Below, piece by piece: positions 50,912 to 62,768 of a stretch of DNA of 64,000 nucleotides. Below the pieces are notes generated by a model. That model was not told where the DNA came from and searched no databases. It was given only the letters and a program-made list of their open reading frames with translations. Made by a program: the position numbers and the translations under genes. Position 1 is the stretch's first letter; each line of letters opens with the position of its first letter. Origin of the DNA: Candidatus Deferrimicrobiaceae bacterium (GTDB taxonomy: Bacteria > Desulfobacterota > Deferrimicrobia > Deferrimicrobiales > Deferrimicrobiaceae); NCBI GenBank assembly GCA_963792415.1, contig CAWBVY010000006.1, positions 608,001 through 672,000 on the forward strand. Reading direction: 5' to 3'.

Positions 50912-51596
50912 CTTGCGATCTTGCCTCCTTTCGGCTGATCGAGCCCCCGGACCGTGTGCCGGGAGCAAGGAGTATGTTTCCCCCCGGGGATTCCGGCGGG
51001 GCCTTGCAAAGCTTGCCATCCTCGCGCGCCTTCGCGTTCCAGCGGGTCATGGCCTTGTCGAAACCGAGCCTGGCGATCTCCGCGAACGCCTCGGCGGCGG
51101 CGGCGACCGCCGCGTCGAACGCCTCCCGGAGCTCCGGAGCCGGGGGGGTCAGGACGTAGTCGGCCGGGTCGACTCCCGCGGGGGGCCGCCCGATCCCCAG
51201 GCGGATCCGGAGAAATTCGGCGGTCCCGAGACGTTCCTTGAGCGAGCGCAGCCCGTTGTGGCCTCCCGTCCCCCCGCCGCGTTTCAGCCTCACCGCGCCG
51301 ACCGGAAGATCGAGATCGTCGTGGAGGACCACCAGATCCTCCGGGCCGACGGCATGCTTCCTGTAGAGCGGCGCCACCGCGTCCCCGGACAGATTCATGA
51401 ACGTCATCGGCTTGACGAGGACGAACTGCCGCCCGTCGATCTCTCCGGTTCCCAGCGAAGCGGCGGCGGCGGCCCGCCACCGCACGCCCAGCGATTCTGC
51501 GACCCGGTCGATCGCCAGGAACCCCGCGTTGTGGAGCGTGGCGACGTACCGGCGCCCCGGATTCCCCAGTCCGACGATGAGCCGCGCGGGGCTCAG
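50892..51596 (-). CDS. pth: Peptidyl-tRNA hydrolase with C-terminal extension
   Basis: LIVGLGNPG, HNAGF, KPMTFMNLSG, GGHNGL; probable CTG start. Confidence 0.92.
   Translation of the reverse strand: MSPARLIVGLGNPGRRYVATLHNAGFLAIDRVAESLGVRWRAAAAASLGTGEIDGRQFVLVKPMTFMNLSGDAVAPLYRKHAVGPEDLVVLHDDLDLPVGAVRLKRGGGTGGHNGLRSLKERLGTAEFLRIRLGIGRPPAGVDPADYVLTPPAPELREAFDAAVAAAAEAFAEIARLGFDKAMTRWNAKAREDGKLCKAPPESPGGNILLAPGTRSGGSISRKEARSQDDNEEV
50924..50973 (-). promoter_or_regulatory. rpsF leader (S6:S18-binding autoregulatory RNA)
   Basis: CTCCTT pairs with the AAGGAG RBS, inner stem GCTCCCGG/CCGGGGGC, CCG motif just before the SD. Confidence 0.7.
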
Positions 51597-51603
51597 GGCC
51601 CCC

Positions 51604-52290
51604 TCACTCCTTCTTCTTCGATTCCTTTTCCGGCTTCTCTTCCTTCGGTGCTCCCTCCGCCACGCTCGCGCCCGCAGCCACTTCCGCCGCAAGCTCCTCG
51701 ACCGCCGCCGGGGCGGCCTCGACCTTCGGCGTGTGGACCGCCGCCAGGGTCATCCGAAGATCCTTCTCGGTTGGAACGACGCCCTCGGGGAACTGGACGT
51801 CCGCCAGGTGGAGAGAATCGCCGATCCCGAGAGAGGCGACATCGAGCTCGAGAAACTCGGGAACGTGGGCGGGAATGCACTCGACCTCGAGGCTGCGGGT
51901 GACCACTTCGAGGACTCCGCCCATCTCGATGCCGGCCGCCTTCCCCTTGACCCGCAGCGGGACCTCGACGCGGAACTTTTTCCCGAGCGCCACCTCGTAG
52001 AAATCGACGTGGGTGACCCGGCCGGTCAGGGGATGGGTCTGGGTCTCTTTCAGGACCGCGAACGATTCTTTCCCCCCGGCCCCGTCCTGCACGGTCATCT
52101 TGACGACCACCGTCCCGCGGCGGGCCGTGTCGAGAAACTTTTCGAGGGGCCTGCGTTGGAACTCGATCGACCGTGTCTCGAGCCCCTTGCCGTAGATGAC
52201 GCCGGGGATCTTCCCCTCGGCGCGACGCTTCCGGTTGATCTCTTTCCCCGTGTACTGGCGGCTGTCCGCCGTCAACTCCATCATCGCCAT
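51604..52290 (-). CDS. rplY: 50S ribosomal protein L25/Ctc
   Basis: IPGVIYG, QTHP, HVDFY, C-terminal Ctc domain. Confidence 0.95.
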   Translation of the reverse strand: MAMMELTADSRQYTGKEINRKRRAEGKIPGVIYGKGLETRSIEFQRRPLEKFLDTARRGTVVVKMTVQDGAGGKESFAVLKETQTHPLTGRVTHVDFYEVALGKKFRVEVPLRVKGKAAGIEMGGVLEVVTRSLEVECIPAHVPEFLELDVASLGIGDSLHLADVQFPEGVVPTEKDLRMTLAAVHTPKVEAAPAAVEELAAEVAAGASVAEGAPKEEKPEKESKKKE

Positions 52291-52303
52291 CTTCTCTCTC
52301 CTC

Positions 52304-53245
52304 TTATACGAACAGCGAGCTGACCGAATCCTGGAAATGGATCCTCTTGATGGCCTCGCCCAGCAGGGGCGCGACCGTGAGAACGTGAAGTTTCCTGCAC
52401 GCCGCCTTGGAACCCAGGGGAATCGTGTTGGTCACCACGAGTTCCTCGATCTCCGACTTCTCGAGCCGGTCGATCGCAGGACCCGACAGGACCGCGTGGG
52501 TGGCGCAGGCAAAGACATGCTTCGCCCCCTTCCTGCGCAGGGCGTCGGCGGACTGCGCGAGCGTGCCGCCCGTGTCCACCATGTCGTCGAGCAGGACCGC
52601 CGTCTTTCCCTCGACCTCCCCGATGATGTTCATCACCTCGGCCACGTTGGGCGCCAGCCGCCGCTTGTCGATGATGGCGAGGGAGGCGGAAAGGCGCTTG
52701 GCGAAGGCCCGAGCCCGCTCGACGCCCCCGGCGTCCGGGGAGACGATCACGATGTCGTTCTCGTTCCCGTACTTCTCCTTGATGTACTCCAGCAGCACCG
52801 GCGCCGAGTAAAGGTGGTCCACCGGGATGTTGAAGAATCCCTGGATCTGTCCCGCGTGAAGGTCCATCGTCAGCAGCCGGGAGACACCCGCCGCGGTAAG
52901 GAGGTCGGCCACGAGCTTCGCCGTGATCGGGGCTCGCGGGAGGACCTTCCGGTCCTGCCTCGCGTACCCGTAGTACGGGAGAACCGCCGTCACCCGCCTC
53001 GCAGAGGCGCGCTTCAGGCCGTCCATCAGGATCAGCAACTCCATCAGGTGGTCGTTCACCGGGGGGCACGTGGGCTGGATCACGAAAACATCCACGCCGC
53101 GGACGTTGTCCCGGATCTCGACGTTCACCTCGCCGTCGCTGAACCGCTTGATGACCGCGGAACCCAGCGGGATGCAGAGGAACGCGCAGATCTCCTTCGC
53201 CAGATCCGGGTTGGCGTTCCCGGTGAAAATCTTCAGTCGCGTCAC
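52304..53245 (-). CDS. prs: Ribose-phosphate pyrophosphokinase
   Basis: [35 protein letters not shown]. Confidence 0.97.
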   Translation of the reverse strand: MTRLKIFTGNANPDLAKEICAFLCIPLGSAVIKRFSDGEVNVEIRDNVRGVDVFVIQPTCPPVNDHLMELLILMDGLKRASARRVTAVLPYYGYARQDRKVLPRAPITAKLVADLLTAAGVSRLLTMDLHAGQIQGFFNIPVDHLYSAPVLLEYIKEKYGNENDIVIVSPDAGGVERARAFAKRLSASLAIIDKRRLAPNVAEVMNIIGEVEGKTAVLLDDMVDTGGTLAQSADALRRKGAKHVFACATHAVLSGPAIDRLEKSEIEELVVTNTIPLGSKAACRKLHVLTVAPLLGEAIKRIHFQDSVSSLFV

Positions 53246-53354
53246 ACAAATCCCCTGTATCCGGAGGAAACTTCGCCGAAAGGATTGAATGTTATACCTA
53301 ATGGGTGGGGTTGGCAAGTCCTATTCGGCCGCACCCGGGACCCAGCCCCCGGCA

Positions 53355-53428
53355 TGGCTGGGAGGGAAGGGGTCGAACCTTCATCTGGGGCTTCAAAGGC
53401 CCCGGTCCTGCCGTTAGACGACCTCCCA
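53355..53428 (-). tRNA. tRNA-Gln (anticodon UUG)
   Basis: TGGGAGG acceptor, GGGGC-CTTTGAA-GCCCC anticodon arm, GTTCGAC T-loop, GCCA end. Confidence 0.95.
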
Positions 53429-53442
53429 GCGCACCCGCGATT

Positions 53443-53730
53443 CTAGCGGGCGGCCGCGACCCCGTCAAGGACGGCTCCGGTTCCCCTCTCGTACGCCCCG
53501 ATCACGGCCTCCTCGATCATCCGCCGGGTCTCGTTGTCCAGAGGGTGAGCGGTGTCCCGGTACGTGCCGTCCTTCGTCTTCTTGCTCGGCATGGCGACGA
53601 ACAGACCGGCACTCCCCTGGATGATCTTGAGGTCGCGGACGACGAAGCAGTCGTCGAAGATGATCGTGGCGTACCCTTTCAGCTTTTCGTTGTCCGACAC
53701 CGGAAAAACCTTCACCTCGGTGATCCGCAT
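53443..53730 (-). CDS. spoVG: SpoVG family protein
   Basis: MRITEVKV, GLFVAMPS, RDTAHP. Confidence 0.95.
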   Translation of the reverse strand: MRITEVKVFPVSDNEKLKGYATIIFDDCFVVRDLKIIQGSAGLFVAMPSKKTKDGTYRDTAHPLDNETRRMIEEAVIGAYERGTGAVLDGVAAAR

Positions 53731-53760
53731 CCTGGCCTCCTCCCCTTCTATTTATTGATG

Positions 53761-54618
53761 TCAGACGCTTCTCGCGACGAAGACCCGTCGCCCTTTTCCC
53801 CCCCCGCCGCCCGCCGCCAATTTTTCCCGCGCCTCCCGCGCGGCGCTCTCCGACGTGAAGAGGCCGAACACCGCCGATCCGCTTCCCGACAGCCCCGCCG
53901 CCGCCGCTCCCGCGGATGTCAACTCCCGCCGGATCGTGCCGATCTCCGGGCGCAAGGGGCCCCACGCCGCCTCGAAATCGTTCCGGACGATGGCCGCCAC
54001 TTCCGAAAAGGTCCGGAACGTCGGTACGGTACCACGGGGAGGAGGGGCGCCCGGTTCGCGCCCGAGCCGCGCGTACCCCTCCCGCGTCGAAAGCCCGAAG
54101 GCCGGGCGCACGATGACGGCGTGAAACGGAACGTTCCACGGAAGCGGGGTGAGCCGCTCGCCGATCCCCTCGACGAGCGCCGCGCCGCCCGGCAGGAAGA
54201 ACGGGACGTCCGCTCCGACGCGGATCGCCATCGCCAGCAACGCGTCCGGGGGAGGGTGCTTTCCGGTCAGGGCGATCAACCCTTTCAGCGCCGCAGCCGC
54301 GTCGGAACTTCCCCCGCCCAGCCCCGACTCGGCGGGGATCGCCTTCCGGATCCGGATCCGAACCCCGGGGGGGGTCCCCGCCCAGGCAAGAAAGAGGGCG
54401 GCGGCCTTGTGGCAACTGTTCGCGGAGTCGGTCGGGATCCCCGGCGTGTCGCATTCCACGCAGACCCCGGCGGGAGCCTCCTCGACCGTCACCTCGTCGT
54501 ACAGGGAGACCGGCACCATGACCGAACGGACGTGGTGGTATCCGTCGGGGCGTTTCCCGAACACCTGCAGGGAAAGATTCAGCTTGGCGGGAGCGAGGAA
54601 GGAGACGACGGAAGCCAT
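53761..54618 (-). CDS. ispE: 4-diphosphocytidyl-2-C-methyl-D-erythritol kinase
   Basis: APAKLNL, GLGGGSSDAA, GADVPFF, LSGSGS. Confidence 0.95.
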   Translation of the reverse strand: MASVVSFLAPAKLNLSLQVFGKRPDGYHHVRSVMVPVSLYDEVTVEEAPAGVCVECDTPGIPTDSANSCHKAAALFLAWAGTPPGVRIRIRKAIPAESGLGGGSSDAAAALKGLIALTGKHPPPDALLAMAIRVGADVPFFLPGGAALVEGIGERLTPLPWNVPFHAVIVRPAFGLSTREGYARLGREPGAPPPRGTVPTFRTFSEVAAIVRNDFEAAWGPLRPEIGTIRRELTSAGAAAAGLSGSGSAVFGLFTSESAAREAREKLAAGGGGGKGRRVFVARSV

Positions 54619-54652
54619 CAAGGAGGGCCTTTTCAAACGTTGTTTTCAAATC

Positions 54653-54681
54653 AGGTTATACGCATAGCCACCACCTGTCAA
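54653..54681 (-). promoter_or_regulatory. Sigma70 promoter of the ispE operon
   Basis: TTGACA-17 bp-TAACCT on the minus strand. Confidence 0.6.
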
Positions 54682-54816
54682 GGGCAAGAAAAGGAAGAGG
54701 AAAAGCAGGGAACGATATAAATTACGATCGATACTCCGGGGCAAGAAAACCGTCCCGGTCCCTTCACTCCTCCCCCCTCCGCGGGCATCGCTTTGCGTCC
54801 GCAAAGGGGAGCCGAC

Positions 54817-54854
54817 CACACTCCCGTACGAAATACGCTCCCTGGGGTATCCCC
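54817..54854. repeat. Solo copy of the REP-like unit seen at 23544-23698
   Basis: CACTCCCGTACGAAATACGCTCCCTGGGGTATCCCC. Confidence 0.75.
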
Positions 54855-54894
54855 GGTTCGACAAGAGGGGCACGAGGCAGGGGGATCGCCTCGC

Positions 54895-57480
54895 CTACGA
54901 AGTCGAGCGGGAAAAGGCAAAGCCCGCTTCCGGGTCGACATCGACCGTCACCCGGTCCCCTTCGCGGAACTCCCCCTCGAGGATGCGCATCGCCAGGGGG
55001 TCCTCGACCCGCTTCTGGAGGGCCCGTCGCAGCGGCCGGGCCCCGTAGGCGGGATCGTAGCCGATCTCCGCGATCCGGATCTTCGCCGCGGGGGTGAGGG
55101 CGATCGCGATCTTCCTTTCCGCGAGCCGGTCGTTCAGTTCCCGCACCATGATGTCCACGATCCGGGAAAGCTCCTCCTTCCCGAGGGAGTGGAACAGGAC
55201 GATCTCGTCGAGCCGGTTCAGGAACTCGGGCCGGAAGACGCGGCGCAGTTCCTCCATCACGCGGTCGCGGATCACCTCTTCCCCCTTCCCCGCGAGCTCC
55301 TGGATCCAGTGGGAGCCGACGTTGGAGGTGAGGATGACCACGGCGTTGCGGAAGTCGACGGTCCGCCCCTGCCCGTCGGTCAGCCGGCCGTCCTCGAGGA
55401 CCTGCAAGAGGATATTGAAGACGTCGGGGTGCGCCTTCTCGATCTCGTCGAACAGGATCACCGCGTACGGCTTGCGGCGGATCGCCTCGGTGAGGGCCCC
55501 CCCCTCCTCGTATCCCACGTACCCCGGGGGGGCGCCGATCATCCGGGCAACCGAATGCTTCTCCATGTACTCCGACATGTCGAGGCGCACCATGGCGGCC
55601 TCGTCGTCGAACAGGAACTGCGCGAGGGCCCGCGCGAGCTCCGTCTTTCCGACGCCGGTCGGCCCGAGGAAGAGGAACGACCCGATCGGGCGGCGTGGAT
55701 CCTTCAGCCCGGACCGGGCGCGCCGCACCGCGCTGGCCACGAGCCCGACCGCCTCCCCCTGGCCCACCACCCTCGCGGAAAGGCGCTCCTCCATTCTGAG
55801 AAGCTTCTGCACCTCCCCCTCGACCAGCCGGGATACGGGGATCCCCGTCCACCGGGAGACGATCTGCGCCACGTCCTCCTCGTCGACCTCCTCCTTGAGA
55901 AGACGGTCCTTCGAGCCCTCCGCCGCCCGCGACGCCCCCTCGACCTGCTTCCGCAGGGCGGGGAGGACGCCGTACTTCAGTTGAGACGCCTTCTCCAGGT
56001 TCCCCTCCCTCTCCGCCCGCTGCATCTCCTGGAGGGTCTGCTCGATCCGCTCCTTCACCCCCCGGTGCCCCGCGATCTCCCGCTTCTCCTCCTCCCACCG
56101 CCCGCGCAACCCGGTGATCTTCACGGAAAGCTCCGACAGCTCCGACTCGATCCCCGAGAGCCGCTCCCGCGACCCCGGGTCGGTCTCCTTCAGCAGCGCC
56201 TGCCGCTCGATCTCGAGCTGGGTCCTGCGGCGCTCCACCTCGTCGATCTCCGTGGGAACGGAGTCGATCTCGATCTTCAGGCGGGACGCCGCCTCGTCCA
56301 CCAGGTCGATCGCCTTGTCGGGGAGGAACCGGTCGGAAATGTACCGGTGGGACAAGGTGGCAGCGGCGATCAGGGCGGAATCCTTGATCCGCACGCCGTG
56401 GTGCACCTCGTAGCGGCCTTTGAGCCCCCGCAGAATGGCGATCGTGTCCTCCACGGACGGCTCGCCCACCGGGACCGGCTGGAACCGCCGCTCCAGCGCC
56501 GCGTCCTTCTCCACGTACTTTCGATATTCGTCGAGGGTGGTCGCGCCGACGCACCGCAACTCCCCCCGCGCCAGGGCCGGCTTCAGCATGTTGGAGGCGT
56601 CCATCGCCCCCTCCGCCTTCCCCGCGCCCACGAGGGTATGCAGTTCGTCGATGAAGAGGATCACCTTCCCCTCGGCGGCGGCGATCTCCTTCAGGACCGC
56701 CTTCAACCGGTCCTCGAACTCCCCCCGGTACTTCGCGCCGGCGATGAGGGCCCCCAGATCGAGGGAGAGGACCCGCTTCTCCTTCAGCCCCTCCGGGACG
56801 TCCCCCGCCACCACCCGCTGGGCGAGCCCCTCCGCGATCGCGGTCTTACCGACGCCGGGTTCGCCGATGAGTACAGGGTTGTTCTTGGTGCGGCGGGACA
56901 GGACCTGGATCACGCGGCGGATCTCGTCGTCCCGCCCGATCACCGGGTCGAGCCTGTCGCGCCGGGCCGCGTCGGTCAGGTCGCGGCAATACTTTTCGAG
57001 GGCCTGGTACTTCGCCTCGGGGTTCTCGTCGGTGATCCGCTGGGTGCCGCGGATGGCCGTAAGCGCGGAGAGAAGCGCCTCGCGCGTCAATCCGTGTTTC
57101 CGCAGGAGGTCGGCCACCTTCCCGGGCTCGGACGCGAAGGCGAGGAGGAAGTGCTCGGCGGAGAGGAATTCGTCCCTGAACGCGTCCGCTTCGGAGAGGG
57201 CGCGCCGGAACAGCGGTTCGAGGCGGGGCGACAGACCCCGGGTCACGACCCCGGACACCTTCGGCTGCGACGCAAGCATCTCCTCGGTCTCGGAAAGCAA
57301 CCGTTGGGGGGAGACCCCGGTGCGGGCGAGGAGTTCTCCCATGACGCCGCCTTCCTGGCGCAGGAACGCGCAGAGGAGGTGCTCCCCCCCCACCTCGGCG
57401 TGGCTACGCTCCGAGGCGAGACGCACGGCGTCCTGCAACGCTTCCTGGGACTTCACGGTGAGCTTGTCGAGGGAGATCAT
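54895..57480 (-). CDS. clpB: Chaperone ClpB
   Basis: [17 protein letters not shown]-domain coiled coil, [17 protein letters not shown]. Confidence 0.97.
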   Translation of the reverse strand: MISLDKLTVKSQEALQDAVRLASERSHAEVGGEHLLCAFLRQEGGVMGELLARTGVSPQRLLSETEEMLASQPKVSGVVTRGLSPRLEPLFRRALSEADAFRDEFLSAEHFLLAFASEPGKVADLLRKHGLTREALLSALTAIRGTQRITDENPEAKYQALEKYCRDLTDAARRDRLDPVIGRDDEIRRVIQVLSRRTKNNPVLIGEPGVGKTAIAEGLAQRVVAGDVPEGLKEKRVLSLDLGALIAGAKYRGEFEDRLKAVLKEIAAAEGKVILFIDELHTLVGAGKAEGAMDASNMLKPALARGELRCVGATTLDEYRKYVEKDAALERRFQPVPVGEPSVEDTIAILRGLKGRYEVHHGVRIKDSALIAAATLSHRYISDRFLPDKAIDLVDEAASRLKIEIDSVPTEIDEVERRRTQLEIERQALLKETDPGSRERLSGIESELSELSVKITGLRGRWEEEKREIAGHRGVKERIEQTLQEMQRAEREGNLEKASQLKYGVLPALRKQVEGASRAAEGSKDRLLKEEVDEEDVAQIVSRWTGIPVSRLVEGEVQKLLRMEERLSARVVGQGEAVGLVASAVRRARSGLKDPRRPIGSFLFLGPTGVGKTELARALAQFLFDDEAAMVRLDMSEYMEKHSVARMIGAPPGYVGYEEGGALTEAIRRKPYAVILFDEIEKAHPDVFNILLQVLEDGRLTDGQGRTVDFRNAVVILTSNVGSHWIQELAGKGEEVIRDRVMEELRRVFRPEFLNRLDEIVLFHSLGKEELSRIVDIMVRELNDRLAERKIAIALTPAAKIRIAEIGYDPAYGARPLRRALQKRVEDPLAMRILEGEFREGDRVTVDVDPEAGFAFSRSTS

Positions 57481-57566
57481 CGTCGCCTCCACGGACGGAA
57501 GGGTGTCGACGGAAAGGGAGGGGGCGCCCGCGGCACTGCGCGGACGCCCCCGGTTGCGCGTTTTTC

Positions 57567-59042
57567 CTACTTGGTTTTCACCGTCAGGAGGATGCGGGCG
57601 TCGCCCCGCTCCACCAGAAAGAGCACCGCCTTGTCCGATTCGAACTTCTTCGCGAGCTTGCCGAACTCGGCCGCGTTGGTCACGGGGATCCGCTTGTCCT
57701 GCCGCAGGATCGCCCGGATGACGTCCCCCTCGTTGAAGCCGGCATCTTCCGCCGGACTGCCGTCCTCCACCCCGGTCACCACCACGCCCTTCGTGTTCTC
57801 TGTTTCGAGACGCTGCGCGATCTCGGGGGTGATGTCCTGGACCGTGAGCCCGAGGTTCTTCGTGGAGAGATCATGCCCCCCGGCCAGCTTCCCGGGCTCC
57901 CCCGCCATCTCGGCGATCGTCACCGGGACGGCCGTCTCCTTCCCTCCACGGATCAGACGCACGTCCACGGTCTTCCCCGGCTTCGTCAAGGCCACGACCT
58001 GCGGCAGTTCGTGCTCGTCCCTGATCTCCTTCCCGTCGAACCCCACGATCACGTCGCCGGAGCGGATCCCCGCCTTTTCCGCCGGTCCGCCCGAGGTCAC
58101 GTCGGACACCAGCGCCCCGCGCCGGTCGGAAATCCCCAGGCTCTCGGCCGCATCGGGGGTAAGCGGCTGGATGTAGACCCCGAGCCACCCGCGCGTCACC
58201 TTCCCCTTCTCCTTCAACTGGTCGAGAACCGACTTGGCGAGCTGGATCGGCGTCGCGAACCCGATCCCCTGCCCGCCCTGGATGATCGCCGTGTTGATCC
58301 CGACGACCTCGCCCTTCAGGTCGAAGAGGGGGCCGCCCGAGTTCCCCGGGTTGATCGAGGCGTCGGTCTGGATGAAGTCGTCGTACGGACCGGACCCGAT
58401 GATCCGCCCCTTGGCGCCTACGATCCCCGCCGTCACGGTGTGGCCGAGCCCGAACGGGTTCCCGATCGCCACGACCCACTCTCCCACTTCGAGCTTGTCG
58501 GAGTTGCCCAGCACCACGTAGGTGAGCTTTTTCTTCGCGTCGATCTTGATCAGGGCGATGTCGATCTTCGGGTCGGTCCCGATGACCTTCGCCTTGAACT
58601 GCTCCTTGTCGAGGAGGGTGACCGTCACCTCGTCGGCCTTCTCCACCACGTGGTTGTTCGTGAGGATGTAGCCGTCTTGGGAGACGATGAACCCGGATCC
58701 GAGCGACCTGCGCTTCTGCTCCTTCGGCATGCGTCCGAAGAAGTTGTTGAAGAACTCGTCGAACGGGTCCTGCCGGCCGAACGGGTTGCGCATCTGGGGG
58801 TGGTTGAACTTCATCACCTGGGTGGTGGAGATGTTGACCACCGCCGGCGAGACCTCCTTGAAGAGTTGCGGTATGTCCACGGGGAGCATCCGCATCCCCG
58901 ACGCAGTGGGGACCACCGCCGGCTTCTCCTTGTCGCCCAGCAATGCCCGTGCGATCGGGGAGACGTTGAACCCGGCCGACAGTACGATCCCGGCGGCTAC
59001 CGCCGCGAGAACGAGGACAACAACCTTGCTTTTGCGGATCAC
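57567..59042 (-). CDS. degP: Do/DegP-family serine protease with two PDZ domains
   Basis: [24 protein letters not shown], two PDZ domains. Confidence 0.93.
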   Translation of the reverse strand: MIRKSKVVVLVLAAVAAGIVLSAGFNVSPIARALLGDKEKPAVVPTASGMRMLPVDIPQLFKEVSPAVVNISTTQVMKFNHPQMRNPFGRQDPFDEFFNNFFGRMPKEQKRRSLGSGFIVSQDGYILTNNHVVEKADEVTVTLLDKEQFKAKVIGTDPKIDIALIKIDAKKKLTYVVLGNSDKLEVGEWVVAIGNPFGLGHTVTAGIVGAKGRIIGSGPYDDFIQTDASINPGNSGGPLFDLKGEVVGINTAIIQGGQGIGFATPIQLAKSVLDQLKEKGKVTRGWLGVYIQPLTPDAAESLGISDRRGALVSDVTSGGPAEKAGIRSGDVIVGFDGKEIRDEHELPQVVALTKPGKTVDVRLIRGGKETAVPVTIAEMAGEPGKLAGGHDLSTKNLGLTVQDITPEIAQRLETENTKGVVVTGVEDGSPAEDAGFNEGDVIRAILRQDKRIPVTNAAEFGKLAKKFESDKAVLFLVERGDARILLTVKTK

Positions 59043-59599
59043 CGTTGCTCTCCTCCCTGGATGCGCCCCCCGGGGGGCGCGTTGATCATCGCCATGTACG
59101 CCATCCGGAGGTGGTACAGCCCCTCGCGGAGGATCTCTTCCTCTTCCTTCGTCAGGTTCCCCTTCGTCTTCTCCTGCAGGATCCCGAGGAGGTCGATCGC
59201 GTCCTTCGCCGCCGGCAGGTCGACCGGGGGGCGTTTCCCGTCAGGCCCCTGGAGCATGCCGAGACCGACCATCGCTCCCATCTGCAGGGACTGCACGAGG
59301 TCGAGGAAGCGCGGAACACCGAGGGCGGACGCGCCTCCCTGCGCGCTGCCCTTCTCCCCTTGGACACCCGCACCCGGTGGAAGGTTCCCCTCCGTAGCCC
59401 CGACCGGTGGTATACCCGGATTTTGCGGCGAAGGAGGGCTTCCCCCCGGGACGGCGCCAGAGGGCTCGCCCTCCGAAGCCGCCGATGGAGGGTTCTCTTT
59501 GAGAGGCGGCGAAGGAGGGGGAGAAGGCGGATCCGGCGTGGTTTCGACGCCCCTCCGGTCGATCACCTTGAATCCCTTGTCGTCTTTTTCTTCCGGCAT
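59039..59599 (-). CDS. DUF1844 domain protein
   Basis: FKVIDRR N-terminus, Pro-rich linker, AKDAIDLLGILQEKTKGNL. Confidence 0.85.
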   Translation of the reverse strand: MPEEKDDKGFKVIDRRGVETTPDPPSPPPSPPLKENPPSAASEGEPSGAVPGGSPPSPQNPGIPPVGATEGNLPPGAGVQGEKGSAQGGASALGVPRFLDLVQSLQMGAMVGLGMLQGPDGKRPPVDLPAAKDAIDLLGILQEKTKGNLTKEEEEILREGLYHLRMAYMAMINAPPGGRIQGGEQR

Positions 59600-61869
59600 C
59601 AGACGGCCACCTTCTGCGTGATGAGGACCACCTCCCCGTCGACCTCCTCGACGAGGAAGTGGTCGGACTCCTTCCACTTCAACGTGACGGGCACCTTGAC
59701 CTTCTCGTCGATCGCGCGCTTGAGGAACCGCGCGCCGTACTTTACGGAGAACCCCGCCCGGGCCAGGGCAACGACGGCCGCGTCGGAGACGACCAGCGTC
59801 TTCCGGTGCGCCGCCATCCTCTTCCGGATCGTGTCGATGTACAGCTCGGCGATCCGCCGTACCTCGTCGATGGAGAGGGGCGCGAAGACGACGACATCGT
59901 CGAGGCGGTTGATGAACTCCGGCGAGAACCGGTTCTCCGCCGCTTTCAGCACAGCCTTGCGGACCGGCTCGAAATCGACGGACCCCGGCCCGAACCCCAT
60001 CGGCCGGGTGAGCTTCGACAGCTCCTCCGCCCCGAGGTTGCTCGTCATGATGATGATCGTGTCGGAGAAGTAGACCTTCTTCCCGCGCCCGTCGGTCAGC
60101 CACCCCTCGTCGAACGCCTGGAGAAAGAGGTTGTGCACGTAGGTGTCGGCCTTCTCGATCTCGTCGAGCAGGACCACGGAGTACGGGTTGTCCCTCACCT
60201 GGTTCGTCAGGATCCCCCCGCGCTCGGACCCGACGATCCCGCGCGGCATCCCGATCAGCTTGTCGACCGCGAGCGCGCCGTCGCGGTACTCGGACATGTC
60301 GACGCGGATCATCTGCCGCTCGTCGCCGAAGAGATACTCCGCCAGCGCCCTGGCCATCTCCGTCTTGCCGACGCCCGTGGGCCCCAGGAAGAGCAGCACG
60401 CCGTCCGGCCGGTAGATGTTCGCCTTGAGGGGACCCTTGTTCATGCGCAGCGACCTGGCCACCGAGGCGATCGCCTCCTTCTGCCCCACCAGCCGAAGGG
60501 AGATCCTCTCCTCGATGTCCCTGAACCGCTCCCCCACGTCCCGGAGAAGGATGTCCGGCGGGTTCTTCGTCTCGGTCGCGATCACGTCGAGCACGTCCTT
60601 CCCCGTGACGGTCTTTCCCGCGTCGCCCCGGATCTCGACGCGGACGCACGCGGTGTCGAGCCAGTTGATCACCTTGTCGGGGAGGCGCAGGGAACGGGCG
60701 TACCGGTCGGACATGGAGAGGGCGAAGTCGATCGCCTCGTCCAGGATCTCCACCCCGTAGTTCGCCTCGAGGCGAGGCTTGAGGCCCATGAGGATCTCCC
60801 GCGTCTCCTCGAGGGTCGGCTCCCCGATCTTCACCACCCGGAACCGCCGGGAAAGCGCCTCGTCCTCCTGGAGGATCTCCTTGTACTCCGTGGCCGTCGT
60901 GGCGCCGATCATCTGGACCTCGCCGCGGGCCAGTGCCGACTTGAAGATGTTCGCCGCATCCGAGGGGACGCCCATGGCGGACCCCGCGCCGACGAGGGTG
61001 TGCGCCTCGTCGATGAAGAGGATGAGGTTCTTCCGCTCCTTGACCTCGGCGATCACCTTCTCGATCCGGTCCTCGAACATCCCGCGGAAGACGGTCCCCG
61101 CCACGACCGTGTTCATCTGGAGGTTGACCACGTGGTGCCCCCGGAGCCGCTCCGGCACCCGGTGCGGTTCGTACTCGAGTCGCATCGCGAGTCCCTCGAC
61201 GACGGCGGTCTTCCCGACCCCCGGGTCCCCGAGGATCATCACCGAGTTGGAACGGTCCTTGTGGCAGAGGTATTCGAGGATCCGGTCGATCTCCGGGTCA
61301 CGTCCGATGATCGGGGGAATCTTCCCTTCCCGGGCAAGGAGGTTCAGGTTGACTCCGAAGGTCCGAAGGTTCGCCGGGAGTTCGTACCGCTTGCGGAACT
61401 CCTCGACCTTCTCCTCCCGGGTCCGCAGCTGCGCGGCGAACCGGGAGAGCGCGACGGACGGGTCGACGCCGTAGTTCTTGAGGATCCGCGCCGGGATGGA
61501 GTGGACCTCGTGGAAGATGCCGAGGAACAGGTCGGAGGCGTCGATCTGGGTGCGGCGGTTCCGCTGCGCCGTCTCCCACGCGACGCGGAAGACCTGCTTG
61601 GTCGCCGGGGGAACCTTCAGCCCGACCCCCAGGTACTGCCGGGAGATGTTCAGATGCTCCGCGAGAGAGAAGAGGACGGCCTCGACGTTGAGCCCGATCG
61701 CCGCCATCAGCTCCTGGAACATCGTCTTCTCCTGGTCGGCGAAGGCGATGAAGAGGTGCTCGAGACCGAGATAGTAGTGGTGCCGCCGCTGCGACTCCTC
61801 GATCGAGGAGTTCAGCATCCGGTGCCCGGACTCGGAGAGCTTTTCCCGGTAGAACGAGATCTCCATCAT
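59599..61869 (-). CDS. ClpA/ClpC-like AAA+ ATPase (no M-domain, MGF ClpP-docking loop)
   Basis: Clp N-domain, [28 protein letters not shown]. Confidence 0.9.
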   Translation of the reverse strand: MMEISFYREKLSESGHRMLNSSIEESQRRHHYYLGLEHLFIAFADQEKTMFQELMAAIGLNVEAVLFSLAEHLNISRQYLGVGLKVPPATKQVFRVAWETAQRNRRTQIDASDLFLGIFHEVHSIPARILKNYGVDPSVALSRFAAQLRTREEKVEEFRKRYELPANLRTFGVNLNLLAREGKIPPIIGRDPEIDRILEYLCHKDRSNSVMILGDPGVGKTAVVEGLAMRLEYEPHRVPERLRGHHVVNLQMNTVVAGTVFRGMFEDRIEKVIAEVKERKNLILFIDEAHTLVGAGSAMGVPSDAANIFKSALARGEVQMIGATTATEYKEILQEDEALSRRFRVVKIGEPTLEETREILMGLKPRLEANYGVEILDEAIDFALSMSDRYARSLRLPDKVINWLDTACVRVEIRGDAGKTVTGKDVLDVIATETKNPPDILLRDVGERFRDIEERISLRLVGQKEAIASVARSLRMNKGPLKANIYRPDGVLLFLGPTGVGKTEMARALAEYLFGDERQMIRVDMSEYRDGALAVDKLIGMPRGIVGSERGGILTNQVRDNPYSVVLLDEIEKADTYVHNLFLQAFDEGWLTDGRGKKVYFSDTIIIMTSNLGAEELSKLTRPMGFGPGSVDFEPVRKAVLKAAENRFSPEFINRLDDVVVFAPLSIDEVRRIAELYIDTIRKRMAAHRKTLVVSDAAVVALARAGFSVKYGARFLKRAIDEKVKVPVTLKWKESDHFLVEEVDGEVVLITQKVAV

Positions 61870-62720
61870 AAAGTCGTCCGCCCCCGCATCGCCATCAGGC
61901 GCTCGACCCGTTTCTCCACCGGCGGGTGGGTGCTGAAAAGGCTCTTGAGACCGCCGCCGGTCAGCGGGCTCATGATGAACATGTGGGCCGTAGCGGGAGA
62001 CGCCTGCATCGGCACCTGCCGGGACCAACCCGAGATCTTTTCGAGGGCGTGCGCGAGCGCCTCGGGCTTCCCGCAGAAGCGGGCCCCGGTCTCGTCGGCC
62101 AGGTATTCGCGGGATCGGGAGACGGCCATCTGCACCATCATCGCCCCGAGGGGCGCGAGAATCGCCATCGCCAGGAGCTGCAGCCCCCCGCCTCCCTCGC
62201 GGTCGTCACGCCCGCCGCCGAAGATCGCGGCAAAGCGCGCCATGTTGGCCAGCATCATGATCGCCCCGGCCAGGGTGGCCGCCACGGTGCCGATCAGGAT
62301 GTCCCGGTTCCGCACGTGCGCCATCTCGTGGGCCAGCACGCCTTCCAGCTCGTCCGGCGAGAGCGCCCGCAGGATCCCCTCGGTCACCGCCACCGCCGCG
62401 TGGGCCGGGTCGCGACCCGTCGCGAAGGCGTTGGGCGACTCCTGGGGGATGACGTACACCTTGGGCATCGGCACCCCGGCCGCCAGCGCGAGCCGGCGGA
62501 CCATCCCGTGGAGCTGCGGTGAATCGGCTTCCGTCACCTCCCGCGCCTTGTACATCCGCAGGACGATCTTGTCGGAAAACCAGTACGACCCGACGTTCAT
62601 CACGACCGCCAGGCCGAAGGCGAAGAGCATCCCGGATTGTCCCCCGATCGCCTTCCCCACGAGCACGAACAGGACCGTGAGGACCGCCAGCAAAAACGTC
62701 GTCTTCAATGTGTTGCCCAT
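61866..62720 (-). CDS. htpX: Zinc metalloprotease HtpX
   Basis: [28 protein letters not shown]. Confidence 0.96.
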   Translation of the reverse strand: MGNTLKTTFLLAVLTVLFVLVGKAIGGQSGMLFAFGLAVVMNVGSYWFSDKIVLRMYKAREVTEADSPQLHGMVRRLALAAGVPMPKVYVIPQESPNAFATGRDPAHAAVAVTEGILRALSPDELEGVLAHEMAHVRNRDILIGTVAATLAGAIMMLANMARFAAIFGGGRDDREGGGGLQLLAMAILAPLGAMMVQMAVSRSREYLADETGARFCGKPEALAHALEKISGWSRQVPMQASPATAHMFIMSPLTGGGLKSLFSTHPPVEKRVERLMAMRGRTTL

Positions 62721-62768
62721 GGTTCCCCCGTTACTCCCTTACCGCATATTGATTCCATTATAGACGTT

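Noticed and set aside
54793-62763. Very long plus-strand ORFs (1127 aa, 1034 aa and others)
   Set aside because: Antisense shadows of clpB, degP and clp genes, typical of high-GC codon bias; no recognisable motifs.
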